In this document: piece after piece, positions 27,497 to 36,483 of the stretch
Layout: the number at the start of each line of letters is the position of its first letter
Position numbering within the stretch: the stretch's first letter is position 1
Virus record (IMG/VR): IMGVR_UViG_3300032257_000022
Coordinates: 1 to 46,363 of that record
DNA: 46,363 bases
Source of the DNA: a virus
Lineage: Duplodnaviria; Caudoviricetes
Reading direction: 5' to 3' (one strand)
Program-made: the position numbers and the translations under genes
Notes under the pieces: generated by a model
What the model was told of the DNA's origin: nothing
Seen by the model: only the letters and a program-made list of their open reading frames with translations
The model's database searches: none

Positions 27497-27733
27497 ATGG
27501 ATATTATAGGTACTATATGCGCTGTGGTGTTTATTTTTTTGCTATTCACAGGCAACCCATTTGCTTGGGATGACAGCGACGACAAGGTGAACAACAAGCG
27601 TAGCGGCATGGTTGTATACACAGACCATCTAACAGGCTGCCAGTATTTATCTGGTTCTGGGTTAGGACAAGCCTTAACCCCACGTCTTGATAGAGAAGGT
27701 AGTCACATTTGTATAACTAAGCAGGAGAAATAA
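27497..27733 (+). CDS. Small membrane-anchored protein (DUF6440-like)
   Basis: N-terminal transmembrane segment; D..TGCQYL....LTPRLD..G motif. Confidence 0.65.
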   Translation: MDIIGTICAVVFIFLLFTGNPFAWDDSDDKVNNKRSGMVVYTDHLTGCQYLSGSGLGQALTPRLDREGSHICITKQEK

Positions 27734-27734
27734 G

Positions 27735-28250
27735 ATGTCTACACAAAAGACAATCATTGAGCAGTACGCAGTATCAGAAGCAACTAGCAGTAACGGGTGG
27801 AATGCACTCACCACTATGGTAGCTGAGAATCACATACATGAACGCACTAGCTTTGAGCTACAGCTTGAATCAGGTGAGATTGAGTTCATGGAACAGCACT
27901 ATGGTGATGATCCAGATGCTAAGTTCACTGGTGGTGTTAAGAAAGGTACGTGGAAGTTTCGTAGCTACCTACCTAAAGCTTACACCAGTGCTAAGGGCAC
28001 ACTCGCAAAGGCTATGGAAGTAGGTGTTGATATGCTGGATGGTAATGGCATGCCGTTAGGCAAGAGCGCTTTGCAGAAAGCTATTAACAGTGTGCCTGTA
28101 CCATCAATTACTACTGATGCATGGGATGTAGCTGTGAAAGAACTCGTTAAAGTGTTCAATGACACCATACCTGCCTTACCTGAGCGCAAACAACAAACCT
28201 TAATTGAGTGGACGAGAGATAAACTTAAGGCTGACTACTCACGCTTCTAA
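27735..28250 (+). CDS. Hypothetical protein
   Basis: 171 aa, AGGAG RBS. Confidence 0.8.
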   Translation: MSTQKTIIEQYAVSEATSSNGWNALTTMVAENHIHERTSFELQLESGEIEFMEQHYGDDPDAKFTGGVKKGTWKFRSYLPKAYTSAKGTLAKAMEVGVDMLDGNGMPLGKSALQKAINSVPVPSITTDAWDVAVKELVKVFNDTIPALPERKQQTLIEWTRDKLKADYSRF

Positions 28251-28282
28251 GTAATTAGAACCTTTTAACTAACAGGAGAACA

Positions 28283-29992
28283 ATGATGATCCTCAATTTC
28301 TATACCGTACTCAAGAGGGTGCGGGCACTGGTAGGCAGTGCAAACATGAGGCTACAGTTTGAGAAGCTAGATCAACCTCGCACTGATGGCAAAACTATTT
28401 ATGTGCCTTACCCTAGCTCTGAATGGTCTGAAAAGGAGATGACCCGCTGGGAGTATTCTGTGTACCACGAGATAGGACATTGTGTAGCACCTAACAATGA
28501 ATGCTTTGATGTATTGAAAACCTCAGGCATTAATCCTCAATCCTTTATGGGTAGGTTATGGAATGTCGTAGAAGATGTACGGCAGGAGCATAACCAATAC
28601 GGGGAGTATGCAGGACGGGATGCCACCATGCAGAAAGGGCGCTGTGCTTTCTTGGATAGCCAACTTGAGAGTGGTAACTATGGCTCTGGGCCTGAGGAAG
28701 ACGACAAGCAAAATGCTTTTGAAGCAGCACTCACTTGGATGTCACCTATGATGGAGGACGACTACCCGCTATTAGCAGGCTACGCTGAGAAGTTTGAAGA
28801 GCAGATGCATGACGCGGGGAAAGACTACTATCATAAATTGCTGGACTCCGGTGACCGCTTTGACCCTAAGGGCAAATCAGCAAGGGAGATGATACCACTC
28901 ATCAAGGAGATGATGGACTATCTAGGTTTTGATGCTGAGAAGGAAGAAGAAGAAGCCAAGAAAGAGGAAGGCGAGACTGTTGATGGTGGTGAGAAGCTGA
29001 TGGACGACCACGGTGAGTCTATGATCAGGGAAGGGGAAGAAGGTGCGCCCAGTGATGAGGCTGGCGAGGAACGACCTGATGGTGAGGAAACGTCAGCACG
29101 TAAGCGAGTCTGGAAAGCAGCTACCGGTGAGTATATCCCTTACCTGCCTAGTGAAGTAATGAAAACCACAGAGTTTGATGGGCGTCTCCCTGAGGGCTTT
29201 GGTCATTATGGGGCAGAGCATGTCAAAAGCCATTTAGAATCTTCTGATGTAGGCAAAGGACTTGCTAACACGGTGCGTAAATTGTTACAGGTTTATACAG
29301 CTACCCGCTGGGAGCATGGGCAGAAAAAGGGCAAGCTAGGTAAAGGCTTGCATCGTGTAGTGACTGGACGTGGCGATTACCAGCGAAAAATATTCAAGAA
29401 AAAAGCTGAGAAGCTGGACTTGGATGTTGCTGTGACATTGCTAGTGGACTGTAGTGGCTCTATGAATGGTGAGAAGTACAACCAAGCTGCTGAAGCTGCC
29501 TTGTTGCTTAATGATGCCATAGCGACTACATTACGCATCCCGTTACAGGTGACTGGCTTCACTGAAACTAGAGAAGAGCGAGGAGAAGACAGGTTTTTAC
29601 TGCATCACCTCATCTTTAAAGCTTTCGATGCAGCCGTGCCTAGAACTAAGTTGATTCATCGCTTTGCTCAGGCTTCTAAGTGCTTAGAACAAAACGCTGA
29701 TGGGGATTCCATCCTGTTAGTCCACAATGAACTATTGACCCGCAAGGAGAAACGAAAGGTTTTGATTGTACTTAGTGATGGCTCACCTGCAGCTTATAGA
29801 CCCGGAGGTGTGTCGGACTTCACTAAGAAAGTGGTTCGAGATATAGAGAAGTCTAGCCCTGTAGAGATTTACGCTATAGGTATCGAGACTGAATCTGTAC
29901 GGCATTTTTACAAAGACTATACGATTCTTAACAACGCAGAAGAATTAGATAGTTGCTTATTAAACTTAATCAAACGCAAAATCATTTGCTAG
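28283..29992 (+). CDS. CobT-like protein: N-terminal HExxH domain plus C-terminal vWA domain
   Basis: HEIGH, WNVVEDVR, acidic linker, MIDAS DCSGS, VLIVLSDGSP, AIGI. Confidence 0.85.
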   Translation: MMILNFYTVLKRVRALVGSANMRLQFEKLDQPRTDGKTIYVPYPSSEWSEKEMTRWEYSVYHEIGHCVAPNNECFDVLKTSGINPQSFMGRLWNVVEDVRQEHNQYGEYAGRDATMQKGRCAFLDSQLESGNYGSGPEEDDKQNAFEAALTWMSPMMEDDYPLLAGYAEKFEEQMHDAGKDYYHKLLDSGDRFDPKGKSAREMIPLIKEMMDYLGFDAEKEEEEAKKEEGETVDGGEKLMDDHGESMIREGEEGAPSDEAGEERPDGEETSARKRVWKAATGEYIPYLPSEVMKTTEFDGRLPEGFGHYGAEHVKSHLESSDVGKGLANTVRKLLQVYTATRWEHGQKKGKLGKGLHRVVTGRGDYQRKIFKKKAEKLDLDVAVTLLVDCSGSMNGEKYNQAAEAALLLNDAIATTLRIPLQVTGFTETREERGEDRFLLHHLIFKAFDAAVPRTKLIHRFAQASKCLEQNADGDSILLVHNELLTRKEKRKVLIVLSDGSPAAYRPGGVSDFTKKVVRDIEKSSPVEIYAIGIETESVRHFYKDYTILNNAEELDSCLLNLIKRKIIC

Positions 29993-30002
29993 GAGAAATA
30001 CA

Positions 30003-31097
30003 ATGACTACAAGTACTATTGATGCACTTATCGACAAAGAACTGGAAGAGCTACGTGGTGGTGAGAAGGTAACTAAGAAAGCTGCCAAGAAACGTGCACC
30101 CAAGAAAGAAGAGCCTTTGTTCAGCAAGAAAAAAGAGCCTTCTGGTGATGCCCCTAAGGGCACAAAGAAGTACAGCGAGTTATTCGGTGCTGTACCTCCA
30201 ACCGGTACTGACTGGGATGTGCCTGTCTATGCTCGTGAAGACTGGGGGGAGAATGAAGAGTTCATTCCTGCAGTCAATGATGACTACGTGTTCGACCATT
30301 CAACACTGGAACCTCTTATCATTTCCTACATTAAGAATCTTAAGACTCTGACGGTAGGGCCAACTGGTTGTGGTAAGACTTCTGTTGTAGAACAGATAGC
30401 AGCAAGGATTAACCAGCCTTACTTGCGGATCAATGGCCGTGCTGACATGGACAGTGATACGTTACTAGGCAGACCGTGGGTAACTGACGGTAGCATGGAC
30501 TTCATGCTAGGTGAGATGCCTAAGGCAGCACAGGCAGGCTTCTTGATTGCCTTTGATGAGCCATGGAAGACTCCTTCTGGTATTCAAATGGCACTGCAAC
30601 GTTTCTATGAGCGTGATGGCGCCTTCCAGCTGGACGACATGCCCGGAGATTTAGCGGATAAGATTATCCACTCTGACCCACGCTGTCGCATGTTCTTATC
30701 AGATAACGTAGTAGGTACAGGTGATGGTGCAGCCCAGTATGGTGCGACATTAATACAGGATGGTTCAACCCTGAACCGTATGGATGTTGTTATCAAGATG
30801 GGTTACTTGAGTGCTAAGGATGAAGCACTGCTTATCAAAAAGGCACACCCAACATTGACAGATGCGTTAGCTAGTCGTATGGTTAAAACCTTCAACCTAA
30901 TACGAACCAATGTAGATCAAGGGGAACTGTCGGCTGCTGTTAGCCCTCGTAACCTTCTTACATGGGCAGACCTCGCCATCGAATTAGGCGACGAAAAGAT
31001 TGCCTTTATCTGGTCTGTACTAGGACGCTATTCGTTACCGGAAGAGTTAGGTACTGTTAAAGAACATTACCGTACTGTCTTCGGAGCGTCTTTGTAA
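30003..31097 (+). CDS. CobS/MoxR-like AAA+ ATPase
   Basis: Walker A GPTGCGKT, Walker B IAFDE, LNRM arginine finger, SPR sensor; adjacent to the vWA gene. Confidence 0.88.
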   Translation: MTTSTIDALIDKELEELRGGEKVTKKAAKKRAPKKEEPLFSKKKEPSGDAPKGTKKYSELFGAVPPTGTDWDVPVYAREDWGENEEFIPAVNDDYVFDHSTLEPLIISYIKNLKTLTVGPTGCGKTSVVEQIAARINQPYLRINGRADMDSDTLLGRPWVTDGSMDFMLGEMPKAAQAGFLIAFDEPWKTPSGIQMALQRFYERDGAFQLDDMPGDLADKIIHSDPRCRMFLSDNVVGTGDGAAQYGATLIQDGSTLNRMDVVIKMGYLSAKDEALLIKKAHPTLTDALASRMVKTFNLIRTNVDQGELSAAVSPRNLLTWADLAIELGDEKIAFIWSVLGRYSLPEELGTVKEHYRTVFGASL

Positions 31098-31104
31098 TAT
31101 AACT

Positions 31105-31129
31105 GAAGCCCCTTAATTGGGGCTTCTTT
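31105..31129 (+). terminator. Rho-independent terminator
   Basis: GAAGCCCC-TTAATT-GGGGCTTC-TTT. Confidence 0.75.
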
Positions 31130-31146
31130 ACCTACGGAGTGCGACC

Positions 31147-31956
31147 ATGCGCTTAAGTCAGTCAGAAGTAAATGGAATTGTCCTTGGGAACAAATTGGAA
31201 GTAGGCCAAACGATACGCATAAATCATAATAACTCACACTGCTCAGGCAGTAGCCCATCACTAAAAGTAGAAAGAACCTCATCAACAACAACAAAATTAA
31301 AATGCTTTAGATGTGGTGGATACGGAACTTATAATACCGGACACTACGAAGCACCTACTAAGTACTTAGAACCACACAGATTACCAGTCAACCTGCCAGT
31401 AGATAGCGATAACAATATAAGTAACTGGCCACCCCAAGCTAAGGTTTGGATTAACAAAGCTTCATTAACAAAAGCAGAAATAAATAAATTAGGATTAGTC
31501 TATAGCAAGTCGATGCGAAGAGTCCTTACCCCGATATATTCAAATCATAAGTTCGATGGGTATGTAGCACGTAAATTATTCGATGATGATCCAGCCCCTA
31601 AATATTTTATAAGAACTAAATCAAGACAACCCCAACCACAGCATTATGAACACGGCACTGATGTAGTGGTACTCGTAGAGGACGTGCTGAGTGGGACTAA
31701 GATCAGTAGGCATGCTTCCTGCATATCTTTACTAGGGACTAATTTTTCTGAAACAGCATTGGATAAGATACTGACAGGAGACTATAGCAAGGCAGTGATT
31801 TGGCTAGATGATGACAACCCTTTAGTACAAGCCAAACAACGTGCCCTTAAGAACAAATTAGAATTGTACATGGATGTGGAATTAATAACCGGCCTCGGCA
31901 AAGACCCAAAGGAATGTAGTGATGCTGAGATTAAATCAATAATATTTGGAGAATGA
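31147..31956 (+). CDS. DNA primase (zinc-binding domain plus Toprim)
   Basis: H...C and CFRC zinc ligands; VVLVED, LLGT, IWLDDD, KDPKE. Start refined to ATG 31147 with GGAG RBS. Confidence 0.85.
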   Translation: MRLSQSEVNGIVLGNKLEVGQTIRINHNNSHCSGSSPSLKVERTSSTTTKLKCFRCGGYGTYNTGHYEAPTKYLEPHRLPVNLPVDSDNNISNWPPQAKVWINKASLTKAEINKLGLVYSKSMRRVLTPIYSNHKFDGYVARKLFDDDPAPKYFIRTKSRQPQPQHYEHGTDVVVLVEDVLSGTKISRHASCISLLGTNFSETALDKILTGDYSKAVIWLDDDNPLVQAKQRALKNKLELYMDVELITGLGKDPKECSDAEIKSIIFGE

Positions 31957-32204
31957 TTATGTTGTATTTTAAATTATATTTGTTATCAGTATTTGTCACG
32001 GCAGGACTTGGATTATTAATTGGTAGGGTGTACGACCAAGAGGCTCCAGAAGATTTGGAGAGCGATGACTGGATAGCGTTCGCTATCCTGTCTGTGCTAT
32101 CGCCTATTGGAATACTCTTTATTTTTTCATACGTGCTTCACAAGCATTCCATAAGTCTGTGGAGATTTCTTATTAAAACACGCACTTTTAAAAGAGGAGA
32201 ATAA
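31953..32204 (+). CDS. Small membrane protein
   Basis: 83 aa with two hydrophobic segments. Confidence 0.65.
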   Translation: MIMLYFKLYLLSVFVTAGLGLLIGRVYDQEAPEDLESDDWIAFAILSVLSPIGILFIFSYVLHKHSISLWRFLIKTRTFKRGE

Positions 32205-32205
32205 A

Positions 32206-32478
32206 ATGAGCAAAGCTAGTGACGACAAACGTGAAGATGGAGTTATATCTACAAAACGTATTATTAACCTTAAGCAGAACACTGCTGTAAAGCTAGAAGA
32301 CTTTAAAGATGACATGCAGTACTGGCATGAGTTCTTTGTTGCCCGTGCTGATTTGTCTGAACCGTATCGGTTAGCAGTTATCAACGAACTAGGTAAGCTA
32401 GTTACAGTTACCAATGAAGAGCAGAAGGTTATTGATGCACTGGTAACCCAACTTAAAACTACATTAGTAGGGGAATGA
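32206..32478 (+). CDS. Hypothetical protein
   Basis: 90 aa, AGGAG RBS. Confidence 0.75.
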   Translation: MSKASDDKREDGVISTKRIINLKQNTAVKLEDFKDDMQYWHEFFVARADLSEPYRLAVINELGKLVTVTNEEQKVIDALVTQLKTTLVGE

Positions 32479-32684
32479 TTATGAGTTTTGATTACATACT
32501 GGAATATGCATTGGTAGGTATGGCTCTATGCCTACTGTTTTCAATTAAGGTAGAGTTGTCTGTTATCCGCAAAGGTGTGCACAAAGCTATCCACATAGCT
32601 GAAGTACACATGCTAATAGATCAGGGCCTCATTAAACCTGAGGATGTTATGGAAGTAGAAATACGTCACCGCGAGGAGGCGTAG
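32475..32684 (+). CDS. Small membrane-anchored protein
   Basis: 69 aa, one hydrophobic segment. Confidence 0.65.
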   Translation: MIMSFDYILEYALVGMALCLLFSIKVELSVIRKGVHKAIHIAEVHMLIDQGLIKPEDVMEVEIRHREEA

Positions 32685-32686
32685 GC

Positions 32687-33934
32687 ATGGAGTTAGCGAT
32701 ACTTAAACTACTATCATGCAAAGACAAGCACACCCGCTTCATGCCACTCATCAAGAAGAAGTTTGTTACCAAGGAAACTTGGACAGTGCTGGAAGCTTAC
32801 ACGCATTACTTTGAGTTTATGGATGAGATTACTTGGGCACCTTTTGTGTCTTGGTTCTTTACCACTAAGCATACTGGTATGTCTGATGTAGCCGTGAAAG
32901 CTTACCGTATTATCTTCAATCGCATTGAAGCTTATGAAGTGGATGTGCTAGATGAGAACATTCTCAATAGTCTTATCGAAAGGGATTCAGCTACTAAGAT
33001 TATGGAGGTCGCTAGAAGCATAGCTGAAACAGAAGGCACCCATGGCATGGAAGAGATCATGGAGCTATATGACAAGTATGAAACTGAGTCTGGTAAGGCA
33101 GGTGAACTGGATAAGCACTTCATTGATGACGACTATGAAGCACTCTATGACCACATATACTCTGAGAAGGACTGTGTGGCTTGGAGACTGCCTGAATTGA
33201 ATGCGGCTACCGGAGGCCTTAGGCAAGGTAATTTTATCGTTGTAGGGGCTTGTCCTGACTCTGGTAAGACTACGCTGATGTGTAATGAACTGACACACAT
33301 AGCACTGCAAGTGCCTGAAGCTAAATACGTGCATTACTTCTGTAACGAAGAGCATGGTAGAAACATTAAGCACAGGATACTTCAATCAGCATTAGCTAAG
33401 ACACATAGCTGGTTAAAAGCTAATTGGTCTACAGCAGTAGAAGACTATAAGAAATATTTTATCCACGAACCTAACATTAAAGTTTTCCATAACACCAGTA
33501 TCAGTACCCATGATGTTGAGACAGTGCTTAAGAAATACCCACCAGCACTGATCATCTTCGACCAGCTAAGAAAGTTCAGAGGGTTTGAGAAGGTTAGTAA
33601 GGGGGAGGTAGACAGGCAAGCACTTATATTCGCTTGGGCTAGGGGTATTGCTGCTATGGCACCTACGATTGCCGTACATCAAGCAGGAGGCGATGCTTAC
33701 GGTCAGATGTATATTGGCATGGAACAACTGTATAACAGCCGTATAGGGATACAGGGGGAGGCTGACGCCATTATCACACTAGGTCGTTCTAATGACTTAG
33801 AACTTCCACCGAATATGCGGGGATTGTATGTCCCTAAGAACAAATTAATAGGATTAGACCCAAAGGCTAGCAATGGTCGTTGGAATATTGAAATACAACC
33901 TGAGATAGCTAGGTTTAAGAGCTGTAAGGAATAA
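32687..33934 (+). CDS. DnaB-like (SF4) replicative helicase
   Basis: Walker A GACPDSGKT, NEE, IIFDQL, HQA, GEADAII, PKNKL. Confidence 0.9.
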   Translation: MELAILKLLSCKDKHTRFMPLIKKKFVTKETWTVLEAYTHYFEFMDEITWAPFVSWFFTTKHTGMSDVAVKAYRIIFNRIEAYEVDVLDENILNSLIERDSATKIMEVARSIAETEGTHGMEEIMELYDKYETESGKAGELDKHFIDDDYEALYDHIYSEKDCVAWRLPELNAATGGLRQGNFIVVGACPDSGKTTLMCNELTHIALQVPEAKYVHYFCNEEHGRNIKHRILQSALAKTHSWLKANWSTAVEDYKKYFIHEPNIKVFHNTSISTHDVETVLKKYPPALIIFDQLRKFRGFEKVSKGEVDRQALIFAWARGIAAMAPTIAVHQAGGDAYGQMYIGMEQLYNSRIGIQGEADAIITLGRSNDLELPPNMRGLYVPKNKLIGLDPKASNGRWNIEIQPEIARFKSCKE

Positions 33935-33938
33935 TAGG

Positions 33939-34175
33939 ATGGGCACTAAAATACCTAATGATGTAGTGCGATACATAGAGACACCTGTAAAGAAACTGAG
34001 CCAGTCAATATCTGGCTGTAACATAGTGACTGAGACGATAGGGTGTGACGGGCATGCCTGTGAAGACTGCATATTTGACAACTCAGACAAACTTACAGGT
34101 GAAGCGCTAGCTAAATACAAAGCTGTGACGCGGCTGGCACTCAAAGCTATGCTTAAGGAGTTTGGTGATGAGTAA
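33939..34175 (+). CDS. Cys-rich mini-protein (CX8CX4CX2C), upstream of polymerase part 1
   Basis: CNIVTETIGCDGHACEDCIF. Confidence 0.7.
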   Translation: MGTKIPNDVVRYIETPVKKLSQSISGCNIVTETIGCDGHACEDCIFDNSDKLTGEALAKYKAVTRLALKAMLKEFGDE

Positions 34176-35379
34176 AGTCCTAACAATAGATTTAGAAACC
34201 ACTATTAGAAACCATAAGGACTTAAGCGAGTTCCCTATTGGTAAAGATAAGGCTAGTCCCCATTTTCCTGATAATGAGATTGTTATGGCAGGGCACAAGA
34301 CGGGAGCAGCCTACACACATACAGCTATGCATACTAGAAGTCTCATATCTTGGTTAGCCCCTGTAGCCTATGAAGAGGGGGATGAGATCATATCATTCTT
34401 GATAGGTCAGAATATTAAGTTTGATTTGCTTTACCTAATGAAAGAACACTACGACGAGATGACTGAATACCTGTTAGAGAACTACGTCTGGGACATACAG
34501 CTAGCCGAGTACATCTTAACAGGGCAGGATGCTAAGTACGCCAGCCTAGACGGCATGGCTAAGAAGTATGGCCTGCCACTTAAAGATGACAAGATCAAAG
34601 AGTATTGGGAAGCAGGTATTGATACGACAGACATACCTGACGAGGAGCTTAAAAAGTATCTAATCAATGATGTTGATGTTACCTATGCAGTATTCGTAGA
34701 GCAGTTTAAACAAGCTAAGGAATTAGATTTACTACCTCTTATGTGGGATCAGATGGCAGCACTAGTAGCCACTACTGAAATGGAATACAACGGCATGTAT
34801 TTCAATACGCATAAGGCAGAAGATCTAGCCGACGATGTTAGGGAAGAGATAGCTGATTATGAAATAAGTGCACAATTGTTTATGAAACATTGTGGAATAG
34901 TTATGCCTAACCCAGCTTCTAACAAACATGTGGGGCTAGCTTTGTTTGGTGGCACTTATGAGTACACTAAGAAAGTAGAAGCAACTGATGAGTTCGGTAA
35001 TGTTATCCACTACAAGAGTGGTATGCGTAAAGGGGAAGTAAAGCTCAAGAATGAAAAAATTGCAGAAAATATTGAGGGCGTTGCAGCAGGGCTAGGAACC
35101 AAGACTACTAAGGGAGCCTTTAAGACAGACACAACTACCCTGAAAGAATTATCCGAGTCTCCAACAGTACTACCGATTGTTCAAGAGTTTATTGCTACCA
35201 TTTTGACCCTAAGAACATTAAACAAAGATCTATCAACTTACTACGAAGGGTACAGTGATCTAGTCTTTCCTGATGGTTGCATACACGGCAAGTTAAGCCA
35301 TGTAGGCACAGGTACAGGGCGACTCAGCTCACAATCGCCCAATCTGCAAAACACATCACACTCAACAGGAGAAGAATGA
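34168..35379 (+). CDS. Family A DNA polymerase part 1 (3'-5' exonuclease plus thumb)
   Basis: Exo I DLET, Exo II NIKFD, Exo III YLIND, EYNG; ends TGRLSSQSPNLQN. Start at ATG 34168 with AAGGAG RBS. Confidence 0.9.
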   Translation: MSKVLTIDLETTIRNHKDLSEFPIGKDKASPHFPDNEIVMAGHKTGAAYTHTAMHTRSLISWLAPVAYEEGDEIISFLIGQNIKFDLLYLMKEHYDEMTEYLLENYVWDIQLAEYILTGQDAKYASLDGMAKKYGLPLKDDKIKEYWEAGIDTTDIPDEELKKYLINDVDVTYAVFVEQFKQAKELDLLPLMWDQMAALVATTEMEYNGMYFNTHKAEDLADDVREEIADYEISAQLFMKHCGIVMPNPASNKHVGLALFGGTYEYTKKVEATDEFGNVIHYKSGMRKGEVKLKNEKIAENIEGVAAGLGTKTTKGAFKTDTTTLKELSESPTVLPIVQEFIATILTLRTLNKDLSTYYEGYSDLVFPDGCIHGKLSHVGTGTGRLSSQSPNLQNTSHSTGEE

Positions 35380-35597
35380 TGGCATTACAAATACCAATAC
35401 CCCTTAAAGATAGGCCAGAGGACTTACTGCAGACTGTTAGAGATGCTTTATGCATACAAATGGCAGCCGTAGGTGGATGTGCTGAAATCAAGTGTAGCGA
35501 ATGTGTGCTAGGTGAGACAGCTATGGAAGAACAACCCCATTACTTTAAGGCTGTACTCAATGCTATTAGTAAGCAAGTAATGGAGGCACCCGAGTAA
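35376..35597 (+). CDS. Cys-rich mini-protein (CX8CX4CX2C) between the polymerase halves
   Basis: 73 aa from ATG 35376 (AGGAG RBS, ATGA overlap); CIQMAAVGGCAEIKCSECVL. Confidence 0.75.
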   Translation: MMALQIPIPLKDRPEDLLQTVRDALCIQMAAVGGCAEIKCSECVLGETAMEEQPHYFKAVLNAISKQVMEAPE

Positions 35598-36472
35598 TGA
35601 GTAAAATACGGCAGTGCTTTGAATCAAGATGGTCTGACGGCTTCTTAATGGAGGTTGATTACAGCCAGCTAGAAATTATAGCCTTAGCTTTCTTATCACA
35701 AGATCCTGTATTGATGGAGGATGTAGCTACTAGGGACATGCATTGTGTATCAGCTAGCCTAGTAACAGGCACAGCCTATGAAGTCATTAAGGCAGCTTAT
35801 GATAAAGGTGATGCCTATTGGACTAAGGTGCGTAAGGCAGCAAAGGTTCCTTCCTTCCAATTACAGTATGGTGCAGGCGCTAAAGCACTAGCTAAATGTT
35901 TTGATGGTGATGTGAAGAGGGCTAAAGCTTACATAGAAGCTTATTACAATCGTTACCAAGTAGTTAGAGAATGGCAGCAACGTGTAGCACAAGAGGTAAA
36001 TGATTCCAGACGCCCTTCTGACAGGCACACACAGACAGGCCTGCCTTCTGATAAGGGTAGCTATAGAAGTATTACTGGACGTGAATATGTGTTCTATTCC
36101 TTTGATGCACCTAGCTGGGCAAGCTTTCCTACTAGCTTCTCACCTACACAACTTAAAAATTATCCTGTACAGGGGTTTGCAACTGGTGATATAGTGCCTA
36201 TGGTCTTAGGTAAGCTGTATAAAGCCTTTAAGTCACACCCTATATTGAAGAGTGAGGCGTTACTAATCAACACAGTGCATGACTCTATCCTGTTTGACGT
36301 TAGGAGCTATGCGGTATTACATAAAGCTGCAGAATTAGCTAAAGAGGTTATGGAATTAGCACCACAGTATTTAGAAGAATCTTATGGCATTGAGTTCGAT
36401 TTAGAACTTAATGTTGGTATTGATGTAGGTAAATCTTGGTTCAATATGGAACCATACAAACTTAAGTCCTGA
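35597..36472 (+). CDS. Family A DNA polymerase part 2 (palm and fingers)
   Basis: Motif A DYSQLE, motif B RKAAKVPSFQLQYG, NYPVQG, motif C VHDS. Confidence 0.92.
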   Translation: MSKIRQCFESRWSDGFLMEVDYSQLEIIALAFLSQDPVLMEDVATRDMHCVSASLVTGTAYEVIKAAYDKGDAYWTKVRKAAKVPSFQLQYGAGAKALAKCFDGDVKRAKAYIEAYYNRYQVVREWQQRVAQEVNDSRRPSDRHTQTGLPSDKGSYRSITGREYVFYSFDAPSWASFPTSFSPTQLKNYPVQGFATGDIVPMVLGKLYKAFKSHPILKSEALLINTVHDSILFDVRSYAVLHKAAELAKEVMELAPQYLEESYGIEFDLELNVGIDVGKSWFNMEPYKLKS

Positions 36473-36483
36473 GGAGGATTATT

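Noticed and set aside
28283-31097. Cobalamin biosynthesis auxiliary genes
   Set aside because: No CobN or other cob genes are present; the pair is better read as a generic MoxR-vWA system.
35356-35600. Group I intron or intein in the polymerase
   Set aside because: The insert is fully occupied by an ORF with its own RBS and coupled overlaps. I saw no intron core, homing endonuclease or intein terminal residues. RT-PCR would be the definitive test.
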